Shown: one piece after another, positions 1-12,156 of the stretch
Numbering within the stretch: the first letter of the stretch is position 1
How the letters are laid out: every line of letters begins with the position of its first letter
NCBI GenBank assembly: GCA_011109175.1
Contig: RDEW01000003.1
Location: 558,001-622,000 of the forward strand
Origin: Dicyema japonicum
Taxonomy: Eukaryota; Animalia; Dicyemida
Direction of reading: 5' to 3'
Length of the DNA stretch: 64,000 nt
Translations under genes and position numbers: made by a program
Notes under the pieces: model-generated
What the model saw: the letters and a program-made list of their open reading frames with translations, nothing else
Told to the model about the DNA's origin: nothing
Database searches by the model: none

Positions 1-590
1 CATCTTTCGAATTTGAATGGCTCACTACAAGGCCAAATAAATTTTGTCATGAACTGAATAGGCATGTTTTTGCATTCATTAAAAAAACTACATTTCTGGA
101 AACAAAATTTTAAATGGCGCTACAATCCATGTCCCTTCGCTTTCTTATCATAGCAAATATGAATCGTATCAGAAATATACTCAAGTTATTTGCGATTTAA
201 TTGAAGAATTTGAAAGACGTTTTAATAATTTCAAGGATGCCTTGCCAATCATGAAAGTATTTTCCGCTACTGCAACCGCTCCAGATGAATTTAAAATAGA
301 GCTCATTGAAATGCAGTCGAGCTCACCGCAATATTTAAGAAAAGTCAACTATTAGAATTTTAGGGTAGAATTTCAATTTTAAAATACCCAAATTTGGTTA
401 CAAATGCGTATAAAATGCGATTTGGATGAGCGTATGTTTGTGAAGCTCTGTTCAGCAAACTCACGCGGATCAAAGCAAAATTACGCAACCAATTAACTGA
501 TGGACATCTTATGCAACTCTTACATACGCCGTCATCAAAACTGAGTCCCTGTTTTGAAAGAATAGAAGGAAGCAGATTCAATTCTCACGT
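1..590 (+). mobile_element. Decayed hAT (SPIN/Buster/GTF2IRD2-like) transposase, C-terminal part
   Basis: Manual translation across stops gives ...DLIEEFERRFNNFKD...IELIEMQS...YVCEALFSKLTRIKAKLRNQLTDGHL..., which resembles the hAT C-terminal dimerisation region of GTF2IRD2-like transposases. The start lies outside the window. Confidence 0.65.
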
Positions 591-727
591 TAATTAACAA
601 TCACCGGCGAGATTCCGCAAATTCAAAACTAATCGGCTTAAAACCGGACAAACGTCCCAATAATAGACGAGATTGAGAAAGGCTAAAACAAAATTAAAGT
701 CGATAACAAAAATTGAAATTTTACCAA

Positions 728-1217
728 TCAAATTTTACGTAGATATTTTTTAAGGTTTTTTACACCGCTTATCAATTCCTTACACTCATACTTGTACATA
801 TCCAGGCAGGACTCCTTTATAATGTCCTATTTAAATAAAAGACAGCACAACCAGATGAGTGGCAATTTTAAGTTCTAAGAGGTCCAGGAAGTCACTGACA
901 TTTAAGGATGGATGTTCTGTTTTAAACGACAAGAATGGACACGTTGGATTGTGGCTGATATGCTCGGTCCTATTGGTTATGTGAATCAAATACCAAGGGC
1001 AGTCATTCTTATTCCAATCAGACAATTCAATTTCGCACATAAAGCACTTTGAGGACAAATAGCCTGACATGTAGAAACCTGATGAAGCCATTTTTGTAGG
1101 ATTGTTGACTTCATCGTTGTAAGGCCATGATTTGAAAGATTCAATTCTGTTCTGCAGAAAGCAGTAAAAGAATTCACTATTGCTGAAATTAAGAACAAGA
1201 TCGATGTCCAACACCAT
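728..1217 (-). CDS. BIRC5: Survivin-like single-BIR protein, 146 aa; exons 1217-994, 969-852, 826-728; introns 993-970 (24 nt) and 851-827 (25 nt)
   Basis: The BIR motif RIESFKSWP...MASSGF...CFMC...DW...DCPW|TEH...CPFL has all four zinc ligands. Removing two GT-AG micro-introns restores PWTEH spacing and a helical C-terminus (DIIKESCLD...KKYLRKI*). Length and layout match survivin. Confidence 0.92.
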
Positions 1218-1329
1218 AACAAATAATTAGCGGAAATCTATTTATTTTTTAAATTATTTAATAATATATTATTTTCATTAAAATCTCAATATATTATTTC
1301 TGTCCTATAACCGGAATTTTTTATGGTTA

Positions 1330-3690
1330 ACGGAATTTTTTATGGTGTCTTGTGGCTCACCCGAGAAGGTGTTACCCTTTCCGGAAAGGAACCAAAGAGT
1401 CAATAACTTCTCCCTACCTCTTGGGGGTTCCCGTTATCTACGTTACCGTCAATTCTGTCCTATTACCTTTTATGTTGAGGTGGTGACGTCCCTTTTGAAA
1501 GTTATGTCTGAAAAACACGAAAATTGCAATCTAAAGGACTTCTCTCTTAACGTTCACTGTCAGAGGACTCTCTAGGTTTGGAAAAGAAAAAAAAACTTTT
1601 CACAATATAAGATATCAGTCAGATGTCTCCAAGAGACAAAAATATCGAAGGAGTTTGAAGAACAACACGGAAAGTTTAAGTTAATCTTTCTCTCTGGGGG
1701 ATCAAAACAATACGGACTAGGATTCGCTGTAAGAAAGGACCTAGTCCGGCGCATATACCGTTACTGGACTATCAATGAAAGGATTGGGATTTTACAAATA
1801 ACATTGGACGATCATAACTATCATTAACGCATATACCCCACATGGTGGATGGATCAACAAGAAACCCGAGGAGATTGACGACTTTTATGCGAATCTGTCT
1901 GATGTTTATTCCAATTATGCAAATTCAACATTAATATTGATTGCCGGTGATCTTAATGCAAAAGTTGGAAATCGAATCATTATAGAAGAATCATTCATTG
2001 GAAGACATGGAAGGGGAAAAGGAACCTTGTTAGCCAGCTTTTGTCAAGCAAATAACCTATTCCTTTGTAACACTGCCTTTATGAACTCGGCAAGAGAAAG
2101 GACAATTTGGTCAGGCAAAGTCTGACGGAAGCATTGCGAAAATCTACAATCAAATAGACTACAGACAAAAAGACCGCAGTATTGTCACTGATGTCCGTGC
2201 TTATGGAGGGAGGGTCTATAATTGACAGCGATCACAAGATGGTTAGTGCCAAAGAAACTTATGGGTTTGCAAGCAAAAAATACCAAAAAACTCACAATTA
2301 ACACGGATCAGGGAAAATTAGACAAAGAAATAACTTTGGAAGAAGTGTTGACAGCAAGTTTCAATCTCAAAGTCCGGCCCAGATGGCTTAAATGGTGAAT
2401 TTTTCAAATATGGAACGCAAAAACTACACAAAATAATTGGATCATAAAAAAAACGTACAGTAAAGGAGCCACCTTGCTACTTGAAGAAGGACTATTGATA
2501 CCAGTACAGAAGCCAAACAAAAAACGGGGAAAGTTGAGAACCTAAGACCAGTGGTCTTAACCAAAGAATTGTGGAAGATACTAGCCAATATTACGCTTCA
2601 AAGAATGGAGGGACTCCTAGACTCGTACCTGTCGGCTTATCAAAGTGGCTTCCGCAAAGGGAGATCAACGTCAGATGTTATATGAAGCCACAAATGGAGA
2701 AGTGCGACTGTTCAAAAATTTAAAATAACGACAACCATTCTGGGGATTGATATGTCAAAGGCCTTTGATTCCGTCAACAGGAACAAGCTGCTGCAAATAC
2801 TGGAGCACTTCTTGAAGGGCTCAACAATTAGGATGTTCAGGACACTCCTGACGGACACAAGTTTGATGGTCAGGACTGGGAAAGCTTTATCGAGGACATT
2901 TGAAACGACAATTGGTACCCATCAAGGAGATCCATTAACCCCGATTTTGTATTTTATTTTCTGGAGGCAGCTCTACGAGACTTGAAGCCTCATATCGGAG
3001 AAGGAACGAGCATAATAGCATATGCGGACGACGTGGACTTTATTTCGAATAACAAAGAAGAGTTAATTGCACTTTTGGAGAAAATGCCTGATAAAATGGC
3101 TAAATGGTCACAAACACAAACAAAACCGAAATCACGGAACTAAAAAGAAGTGAGGAAAGGACCGAGGAGCACTGACGTAGATCAAAAAAACTAGGATCCC
3201 TTCTCGGTGACACCGAAGATATAACACGAAGGAACACACTATTGCCGGTGAGACAATACAATGCCCTTATGAGGCCAATCCTATTATGTAATGCCGGTAC
3301 AGGGCAGGAACTCGAAAAGTTGAATTATTTTCACAGAAATCATCTCCCAGCACTTTTTTCTTCCCGAAGCTTTTTCAAAATGCCGTCCGAAATCTTACAA
3401 AAGAGAACAGGAACTGAGCCAATATCATGTGAAATTACTGATTCAATATGGAGGCTGTTTGGACACATACTCCGCTACGATATGGGGACCCCTGCCAACA
3501 TAGCAATGGAGGAGTATTTTGTCTTATAGGCTTCGCGTTTTCGCGGCCGGCCGAGGACAACACTGCCGGTAATCTTAAATAAAGATCTCAGAAGGATTGG
3601 AAAGTGCTTAAAGATGGGGATGATCTAGATATGCTACGGAACATGGCAACGGATCGAAAAAGATGGGCGATGTTAATTAGGTTGTTACCT
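1330..3690 (+). mobile_element. Degenerate RTE-like non-LTR retrotransposon (APE endonuclease + RT)
   Basis: Fragments include IAGDLNAK...GRHGRG...LFLCNT (APE), MSKAFDSVNR...GTHQGDPL and AYADDVDF (RT), and WRLFGHILR (RTE C-terminus). It is homologous to the copies at 24-27 kb, 50-52 kb and 63-64 kb. Confidence 0.88.
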
Positions 3691-3829
3691 TTTCGTGTTG
3701 CACGTGCTTTTTCATGATCTTGGCATCGCCTACGTGCTTATCATAATATAACCGTCAATATAAAACGCACGTGACTAGTGGGCCATGACTGTAAAAATTC
3801 TTTTTGTATATGTTGTAGGTTGAACAGTG

Positions 3830-5130
3830 GAGTAGGAGATTCCTAGAAAATTTGGGCCTCTCTTAAGACCGGTGGATCACATGGGGTCTCACAGGATTCA
3901 CGAAGGCACAGTTTTTCAGCCATGGTTCATTTGATGACTTTCTAAGAACGACTACTAAAGACATACGCCTGCATGATAAAAATACTGGATTCAAGGAAAT
4001 TTGGCGATAAGATAAATGGAAATACCGATTTTTGACCGAGTTTAGTGATGTAACCCTTCAGATCATCTTTATGCTCAGTGAGTCAAATCAATATGGCAGG
4101 AGATTTCCTATAGGGGTCGACTCAGCTCCCAAGATATCTTGCTATTTTCACCTGACTCCTTTTTCTTCTACGCACATTCCAATGTTTCACGGTCATGAAC
4201 TTCTTAAGGGCCATCGACGAGAAGCTGAGGACTGCCGGTGAAGAAACACTCAGCATTTCTTTTGATAAAACTGATAATCCAATGAAAACTACCGCTTATC
4301 TACGGAGGAATAGGAATACGCTTACTACTAGATCTCGCCTTCCCGGCTTTTCTATCTTCGACATATGCTTCCAATGGTCTCATACGCCAGATCCTACGCT
4401 ACATTAACGGATTTGAAGCTGAACCAGTGATTTGGATGGCTCGGGATGTCTGGACTCGATTGAGCGTGGGATTCCCGAAGAACGCTAATAAACAACGAGA
4501 CTGGGACAAGCTTTCATGCTCATAGATCATAGACGCGATAAACCTGAACTTGACCACCATCATCTGGCTTGTCTGGCTTCTGCATTGACGAACGAAAGTG
4601 TTGCATGGCTCAGAGCATTACCATGCACCTCACTTGGGACACTATTTGATGACGACAACAAAAGGATTGGGGTTTCCGCCCGCCTCGGAATGGATGTTTG
4701 CGCGATCCATCTCTGTCAACGCGAAGGGTATTCACGTTCTCTCCTCCAGGATGAGTGCTTAAAGGGATCCCAAACACACCGCAATCAACGCAATTATTGC
4801 GTAGAGACTTCCGAATGTCCTGCCAAATTGGAGCCTCTTGGACTCGCCCTAGCCAGCAAAACAACAGATGGAATAAATCTTTTTCCACGGGAAAGCGGTA
4901 GATACATTTCTTGGGAGGCCACCTGTTTGGATAGCCTCTCTTCTTCCAACTTGTAATAACAGCAACTAACCCAGGATTTGCTTCGGAGAAGACTGAGACC
5001 ATAAAGATAAAAAGATACGAATTTTTGAACCACTCGTCATGGAAACGTCAGGAATCATAAGAAGCAGATCACTGATCCTACTAAACAGAATCGGAAGCGG
5101 AAAATGACAGGAGAAAGGAGCCGGCTCATT
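3830..5130 (+). mobile_element. Degenerate CRE-like RLE non-LTR retrotransposon, 3' part
   Basis: ORF 4516-4956 contains VAWLRALP..SLGTLFDD..RIGV..RLG...LEPLGL...DGI.LFP.ESGR.ISWEATC.D, the C-terminal zinc-knuckle/restriction-like endonuclease region typical of CRE-type elements. The 5' boundary is uncertain. Confidence 0.65.
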
Positions 5131-5277
5131 TAGTGCATTTTCTTGTAAATTAGTTGTTAACCGCTAGTTTTTGCATTAAACCGTTTTTATTTACAAAAAG
5201 TTAGTTAACTGCACTTTCGCATTACCCATGAGCATATGAATATGGTTCCGCTAGTTCTGTTCTCTTCACTATCCGTT

Positions 5278-5460
5278 CTACCAGTTTTCTCCATTTAACT
5301 TTCCTCCTCGCACGTCTCCGCAGTTAACTGAGGAATCCAAGCATAAGGTCACATGTCGGTGTTCGAAGCGAGTCCTCTGAAGTTGAAAGATGTGATTGTA
5401 AATCGGGTAGAATAGACAGACTGAGAGTAAGATTATTGGAGAGATGTAATAAAAAATACC
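5278..5460 (-). mobile_element. 5' fragment of an RTE-like LINE (start of APE domain)
   Basis: An alternative frame reads TITSFNFRGLASNT, matching TISSFNVRGLKSDT of the 50.2 kb copy. An 80-nt stretch is shared with 63163-63242. Confidence 0.6.
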
Positions 5461-5949
5461 GGCATAGTCCACAAATAACGATACATCTTGAAAATTGAAT
5501 ATTTCAATTATTAGAAGACCACGTGAGAATTAATCGAAAAATTGCCTTCTCAAGAAGAGCGTGGAGAAATCTAACATGGAAAATTGTCCACGGTGTTGTA
5601 GAAGCGACAAGGAGATAACTTTCTTTTATTCGCGTTTTGCAAAAATAATAATAATTATTTTTGTACCACATTAACGAAATCATAGTCAAGTTGAGGTCTC
5701 TGTTAAAGCCTTCTGAGTCACATGAGTAGTTAGTTTGAAGTCACCGTGATCTTAGGAACTTTTTTATTTCATACTCAAAGTTCAGAAATTCAATTCGGGT
5801 TTGTTATTGTGCATGGTATAATCAATATGTGCTAAAACGCGGAAAATATGGAAAACGGTAAACTCACTCAAAGACCCTATGGGATAGAATTAGAATTAGT
5901 GAAACTGGAATCATTTAGTACTACTTTAAATGAACAACCTCCCACTGGA

Positions 5950-6400
5950 TGGGTTTCCCAGCTGCATACATAGGAAGCCTTGGTTATTTCTCACCGTCGC
6001 CTTTTCTGAAAGGAGACTGGGGATGGATGTGGAGCCTCAAATCTGGCACGTTTTTAACAAGAATTTATTTGATTTTAAAGGATAACAAACCTCTTTTAAT
6101 CGGTTCAGATACCTGGAACAGCTGCTTCAATTGCGGAAAACCTAAAATCAAGAAATATTCTTGCCTCGGGGACCGGTACCGATTTACTCCTGTTGCCCTC
6201 GAGTCATCAGAGCCGTTGGATCCAAAGACGGCTGAGTTCTCGCGTGAACTTGGAGAAATGCTTGCCAGAAAAAAGGGATCAACGAGAAGGGTTCTGGCAG
6301 AGAGAAAGGACTGGAGTGGCCATACTCCGAGGGAACTCATTTGCGATCCATGCAGCAGGCTTCCTCAATTAACTTTTGTTTCTATGTCAAAAAACTCTTA
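5950..6400 (+). mobile_element. CRE-like RLE retrotransposon 3' fragment
   Basis: It reads KYSCLGDRYRFTPVALESSEPL...FSRELG..LA and, in a shifted frame, VAILRGNS, the terminal RLE motif of this family. Confidence 0.7.
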
Positions 6401-6564
6401 AAATAAAAAAAATTGAATTAGAACGGTTCCGCAAAAAATTAGCCCTAAAGGGTTCCGTGAGCAATTTAAGGCTGAACCACTGGTTTACAGTGATAGCGCA
6501 ATTATTAATAGTAACTATCATACGTGCAGCTGGCTGCTGATCTTCCAAGTTTTTTTTTCAATTC

Positions 6565-6643
6565 TGGACCGGACGGGATTCGAACCTCGAATCTTACGCT
6601 CACTTTGTTTATAACATCAGGTTTCCAATGTCTTCTAAATCCA
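6565..6643 (-). pseudogene. tRNA-like remnant
   Basis: The minus strand has a B-box GGTTCGAATCC followed by CGTCCGGTCCA. The acceptor and T stems pair poorly, so it is not a credible functional tRNA. Confidence 0.35.
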
Positions 6644-6870
6644 TCACTCGCCTATTTTCACATCTCAGGACTCGACCTGTTTTGGAGACGCGTTTCCTAA
6701 CGGTCGCAAGTTCCTTAATATTAGAGAAGCTGTATAAACTTTTCTTAGAATTTCGATCCATTTTAAAGTTTTTGACTTATTCTGAATATTTGACTTTAAT
6801 AATATTTTTAATTATTTAGTGGCAAACCCAAATAGTAATAAAATTTTTAAAATTTAAGATCGAAACCAAA

Positions 6871-8405
6871 ATGAATACCGTATTTGTTTTGTTAACAATC
6901 TTCGGTGTCGGATACATATTCCACTACAATAACTCTAAAGCTCCTCAGGTCGATAGAAATGAACCGTTGATACTTACTGACTATTTAAATAACGGGAATA
7001 CAGACATTGCCAGAGAACTGAGTAGAGTCGAACCTTTCCTTGATAATATTGAAAGTTATTCTGGATTCTTCCGTGTTAGCAATGATTGTGTCCGAAACAT
7101 GTTCTTTTGGTATTTCCCAGCGAGAGTATTGACTTAAATTATGTTTAAGAACGGAAATACTTCTGCTCCCCTCTTAATATGGCTGCAAGGAGGTCCTGGT
7201 GCATCATCATTATTTGGTCTTTTTATTGAGAACGGTCCTTATACTCTGGATTCCGATGAAAACTGTAGAATCTAATATTCAGTCTAGTGGTCCTTCGAAA
7301 AATATCGTGGACACAAGAATATTCCGTTCTCTTTATCGACAATCCGGTACCTGGATATTTTTGACGTAAAGGTTGGAGCAGGATTCAGTTTTTCGGATGA
7401 AAAATGCTACTTAACTAACGAAGATCAGGTGGGTCTCTACTTGCTAAGGTAATCTGTTCACTGAAATTAGAACTATGCAGCAATTCTATCAATTATTTCC
7501 AGCTTTGAGACCTAACCCACTTTATATTACCGGGGAATCATACGCTGGGAAGTATATTCCAACCATGGTCAACACCATCCATGAATACAACCAAAATAAC
7601 CCAACCCCAATAAACTTGGCTGGAATGGCAATCGGAGATGGTCTGTGTGATCCCTACAATGTGAGTTCACTGTATTCAATGAAAGATGCTGAACTATGGA
7701 ACGTACTTCAATAGGATTGGACTTATTTTCGACAACCAAATGTGGCGATTTGACGATTTATTCAAGTTGGTTCGCCAAAGTATTGAAGCGGGGATTACTA
7801 CCAAGCAAGTAGGGTACCACCATTGTATAAACATTTCACAGTACAAAGACGAAATATTTCATCTTTATTACAATATGACTGGACTCGAAAATGTTTATGA
7901 TTACTATGCGGACAATGTCTGTATTCTACTTATTTTAGGATATCACGTGGGGACCTTTCGAAAAATTTCTGAATGATAACTCTCAAAGACTCCACGCTGG
8001 AAACTTAAAATTTGAAATGACATCATCCCCAGTGTTCGACGCACTTTATGCGGACAGAGCGAAATCAATGTCCCCCACCATTGAAAAGGTCATCAACGCG
8101 GGATACAAAGTACTTACAAGTGACTGAATGTAGAGCCTCTTTTTTTCGGGACAATTTGATATCATCGATCCCTACCCATCTACATCCGCGTTTATAAGGA
8201 ATCTTAACTGGAAAGGCAAGGAAAATTTTGCGGTTGCTCCCCAAAATATTTGGTACTCAACCAATGGCCCTAAAGGGTCAATGGGTATTACAAATATTTC
8301 GGAAATGTCATGCAACTGATTGTGAGGAATGCAGGACATATGGTACCCATGGATCAACCTGAGGCTGCCATCGAAATGCTCAATTTATTCATTTACGGCT
8401 TTTAA
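6871..8405 (+). CDS. CPVL: Serine carboxypeptidase, family S10 (CPVL/vitellogenic-like), 9 exons; introns 7126-7149, 7265-7287, 7347-7371, 7449-7470, 7661-7685, 7814-7841 (putative), 7917-7938, 8110-8133
   Basis: The spliced product has an N-terminal hydrophobic leader, [26 protein letters not shown]|[15 protein letters not shown] (catalytic Ser), GQFDII (Asp) and [11 protein letters not shown] (His). Two single-base indels in G runs (~7787 and ~8275) must be assumed. Confidence 0.9.
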
Positions 8406-8544
8406 TTCGTAATCTAACAGGATTCACTTTAAACTAACTTTCATTTTCAATAATTTGACATTTTATTAACAAAACGATTTATTGCCCAGTCGAATAATCA
8501 ATCCCACAAATATTTACTATCAAATTCTGAATTCCATTGGTTTA

Positions 8545-9080
8545 TCAGACAAAAACATTTATTGAGTTTCTCCTTCCATTGGATGGGTCCCTGGAACTAA
8601 AAGGACTGGATGTTTTCTTATCGTTCTTTTGATTCTGGGTGGATTTTTGTGCTGAAAAATCTATTTCTATGACCATGGAAACTTTTTCATATTTATTTAG
8701 AACACCTGGATCAACGGAAGAAAAAGACAGAAATAAGGTCAAACAGTTAGGCGATCCCAGTTCCCTCAACCAACTTCACCGTCCAACTTCTTTGGTTTCG
8801 AAAGAAACTTCTCTCATTCTGCAGAAGAATCCGATTGGAGAAGTGAATTTTTTTTACAAATTGGTTTTTTTTGCGAATCGGGTTTCCATCTTCCTCAGAG
8901 ACGCGGAAGGATCCAGTCTCGAAACTATCCACTCTCACATAGATCCTAGTTGACCCTTTGGATTTTGACCCAATCCGACAGACTAGGTCGTCCGTCTCCT
9001 AGTTTCCTAAAGCAAAGTGGACAAATAAATGATCCTCCAAGACGCTTCAGTACTTCCTTCTCTTCTGATCCTCAGCTTTT
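8545..9080 (-). CDS. Possible small host gene of unknown function (tentative model)
   Basis: A GC-richer island convergent with the carboxypeptidase. The frame GSEEKEVLKRLGGSFICPLCFRKLGDGRP joins ORF 8747-8938 if a 29-nt GT-AG intron is removed. The start and downstream frames are unresolved. Confidence 0.3.
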
Positions 9081-9300
9081 GAATGATAGATTGAACAAAA
9101 GCAATTCATGTTTTATTTCCATCTGAAAGTAGCATTATCTTGCACTATCACTGCTCACAATAAAAAATCGATTCAATGATAACAAATAAGATTAATTTAT
9201 CACCATTAATTTGACTGGTTATGTCGAATTGCAATAAAATTACTTTTTTATATCTTGGTCAGATATTCATCCTTCTTTGTCACTTCAACCATGCCAATTC

Positions 9301-11296
9301 GGAGTGCGGAAAAAAAAGGTCAAGCGGAAAAAAAGTCAAGTCCGTAAGGGGAAAAATAGTCAAGCGGAAAAAAAGTCAAGTCGTCTTTTTTAGTTTATAT
9401 CGTATTTTTATAGCATTAATAGCATTTTTCAATTTTTAACATTTTTTTCAACACTTGACTTTTTTTTCCATTTGACTTTTTTTTTCCAATTATCCATTTG
9501 ACTTTTTTTTCCAAATGAAGATAATATCAACTAACAAAGGAGGAAGAAAAATTTGTTTTAAGGGTTATATGTATACAAAGCACTCGGTGACAAAAAACTA
9601 TATAATTTTTAAATGTGTGAAAAAATCTTCACAAGGATGCAGAGGAAGCCTAAGAACAGATTATAATTTTGAATTTACCAAAGAAGGGATCTCTCACAAT
9701 CACGAATTTGACGAAAGTCAAATAAAACTGATGAAATTGTGCAACGAAACAAAAACTTATTGCTAAAACGAGTCAAGAAAATCCCTTACAAATTTATTCA
9801 AAAATTGTGTCTCAATGTGAAACAGCAACCAGAATTATTCTCCCTTCTGCAGATTCTTTCAAGCGAACACTAAGGAATCAACGCTTGTTCCAAAAAATAT
9901 TTTCGATCTCGGAGATATTCCATCGTCTTTAACTTTAGCTCTTGGTCCAGATTCAGAAAATTTTTTAATTTATGATAATCAAAGAAGAACCGATAGAATA
10001 TTAATATTCAGCACCAAAACTAATTTAACGTTATTGGCGAATTCAAAATCATGGTATATGGATGGAAATTTCTCCATGGCACCATGTATTGTCAAGCAAA
10101 TCTATTTAATCAGGATTCAGTTAAATGCCAGTGCAATTACAGTTATTTATGGAATATTACCTCATAAATCACGAAAGATTTACGAGGAATTTTTTGAGGC
10201 TATTCAAAATGCAATTCATAATTTGAATTTGGAATTTTGTCTTGAAACTATTATGACAGACTTTGAAGATTCGGTATTTCGAGCTGTCCTTGCAGCAATG
10301 ATAGACGCTCTTGCGTTTTTACCCATTCAAGATATGGAAGAAGGAATAGAATTCCTAATGAATAATATGCCAGAAAATGTTCCAGATTCAAAATATATAT
10401 TAGATTATTTTGATAGAACATATGTTCGCGGTTATTATCGTTGCTTAAATGATCGAGAAAACCCTTAGCTGTTAGAATACAGCACATTGCTCCATTGTTT
10501 CCTCCAAATTTATGGAATGTGTATGAAGCTACACTCAATAATAAAGAAAGAACAAATAACTATTGTGAAGAGTGGAACAATAAATTATACAATTTGACGG
10601 GATATCGTCATCCATCGATGTGGAAATTATATCGTCATTCCAAAAAAAAGAAAAAAATGACGAAAACTATTATTGACCAGGATTCCTTTGGAAAAAGAAT
10701 TTCAACAAGAACAAATAAAAAAACGATTGATAGACAAAAAAGGCTTTTAAATATATGTCTGGATCGCCAGGACGGAAAAAAACAGTAGGAGAAAAAAGCA
10801 ATTGCATGGAATATTAAATATTCTTTTGATTCACATTAAATAATCCCTTGATTCACGTTAAATAAAAATCATATGTTTATAACATTTTAAAAAAAAATTT
10901 TAAAGGTAGAAAAAATCTGTTTTATTTTTAGAATTTATTTCCACCACGTGTAGTTTTAGTTGTGGCGGGACATTTTAATTCATTTAACATTAGCCAAAAT
11001 TAACTATTTAAATAATTTGTTATTCTAAACTCGCTTACTTTAAAATGAAACGATCATGAATAAAAATCTTAATTTATAAACGGATAAAATGTCAAGTCCG
11101 AAACGAAACTTGACTTTTTTTCCATTTTGCGCTAAATTTCGAAAATTTATAAGGGAAAAAATTTCAAAAATGGAAAAAAAGTCAAGCGGAAAAAAAGTCA
11201 AGTATTGAAAAAATTATAAAAAAATTAAAAGATGCTAGTAGTATCAGAAAAATGCGATATAAACTAAAAAACAACTTGATTTTTTCTCCTACAATC
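9301..11296 (+). mobile_element. Mutator-like (MULE) DNA transposon with FLYWCH + MULE transposase
   Basis: FLYWCH-like region (GGRKICFKGYMY...FKC...CRG...HNH), DDE motifs WYMDGNF, IMTDFE and RTNNYCEEWN. Inverted termini of ~150-200 bp are flanked by the direct repeat GCCAATTC (9293-9300 and 11297-11304). Confidence 0.9.
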
Positions 11297-11714
11297 GCCA
11301 ATTCATGACGTAGCATGTCCAATGCTGAACACATATTGTGATTGATTAATCGGATTAAGATAGGAGTCCGCTGATCACTTGTCAACACTAGATGTTTTGT
11401 GTCAGAAAAAACAAGACGCTGGGTTTTTTGATGCAATCATGCACTGTTTCTGGAACTAGAAGACCTAAAAATGAAGGTCGTTAGTTTTTTAGTTGCTTGA
11501 AGCTGGTTCGTATTCTAACGCTTAGAGGGACTATTAATGAAATTTCTGCAGTGGTCATAGGATGGCTGAGCTACTTTGTGGGTAGCGTTCAACTCCAACT
11601 GTAATCTCCTTGACCACTCTGTCATGATAGGGTCTTTTGATTCGGAAAGTAATACAGAGGCCCCGAGAGCTCGGAAAGAGTTAAATGAAAAATGTTTCTA
11701 AAGACAAATACAGA

Positions 11715-11925
11715 CACATCACAAATCAAAGGATAAGAGAGGTTCCATAAATCTACCACGCTTCTTGGCTTGACGACTGACGCCGTCATCAATGATACCT
11801 TACTGTGGAACCGAATTTTCTAACCGGTGACTCACACGCAACCAAAATGCAAGAAAAAAAGAGCTCTCTTAAAGTCTATGCATCATTCCTACGGTTAATT
11901 ATCATTACTGTCCTTTCCTTCTTAA
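11715..11925 (+). mobile_element. Diverged internal copy of the tRNA-derived SINE
   Basis: GGTTCC...GGCTTGACGACTGACGCCGTCATCAATG...ACTGTGGAAC matches the body of the full SINE at 31155-31460. Confidence 0.55.
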
Positions 11926-12156
11926 AATATTGTACATCTTCGCTAAGTGGAGGTTCAGAAGTATACTAGATTGTAATTCTAATGAGATTGAAGATGTAGT
12001 GTAAATGGGAGTTGATTTATCACGACAATGTGACACCAATGCCTAAGTCGTCTTAGTTACTCAATAATGCCCGTACTATCCCACCCGGAAAGGTTATAGT
12101 TCAAAGCCCTATATGGGTCCTTCGGATCTGAAAACAGTGTCATTTGGAAAGATTGT

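Noticed and set aside
1330-1450. HDV-like ribozyme in the RTE 5' UTR
   Set aside because: Hairpins exist (CCTTTCCGGAAAGG), but I could not build the nested double pseudoknot by hand. A structure-descriptor search would be needed.
5341-5420. 80-nt sequence shared with 63163-63242 as a novel ncRNA
   Set aside because: The minus strand translates to the N-terminus of the RTE APE domain (T(S/T)FN(F/V)R), so it is LINE debris.
6565-6643. Functional tRNA gene
   Set aside because: The B-box is present but the acceptor and T stems do not pair properly, so it is kept only as a low-confidence remnant.
11490-11560. Possible 18S rRNA fragment (CGTATT...CGCTTAGAGG...TGAAATT)
   Set aside because: The match is short and gapped with no further colinear motifs, so it cannot be distinguished from chance.
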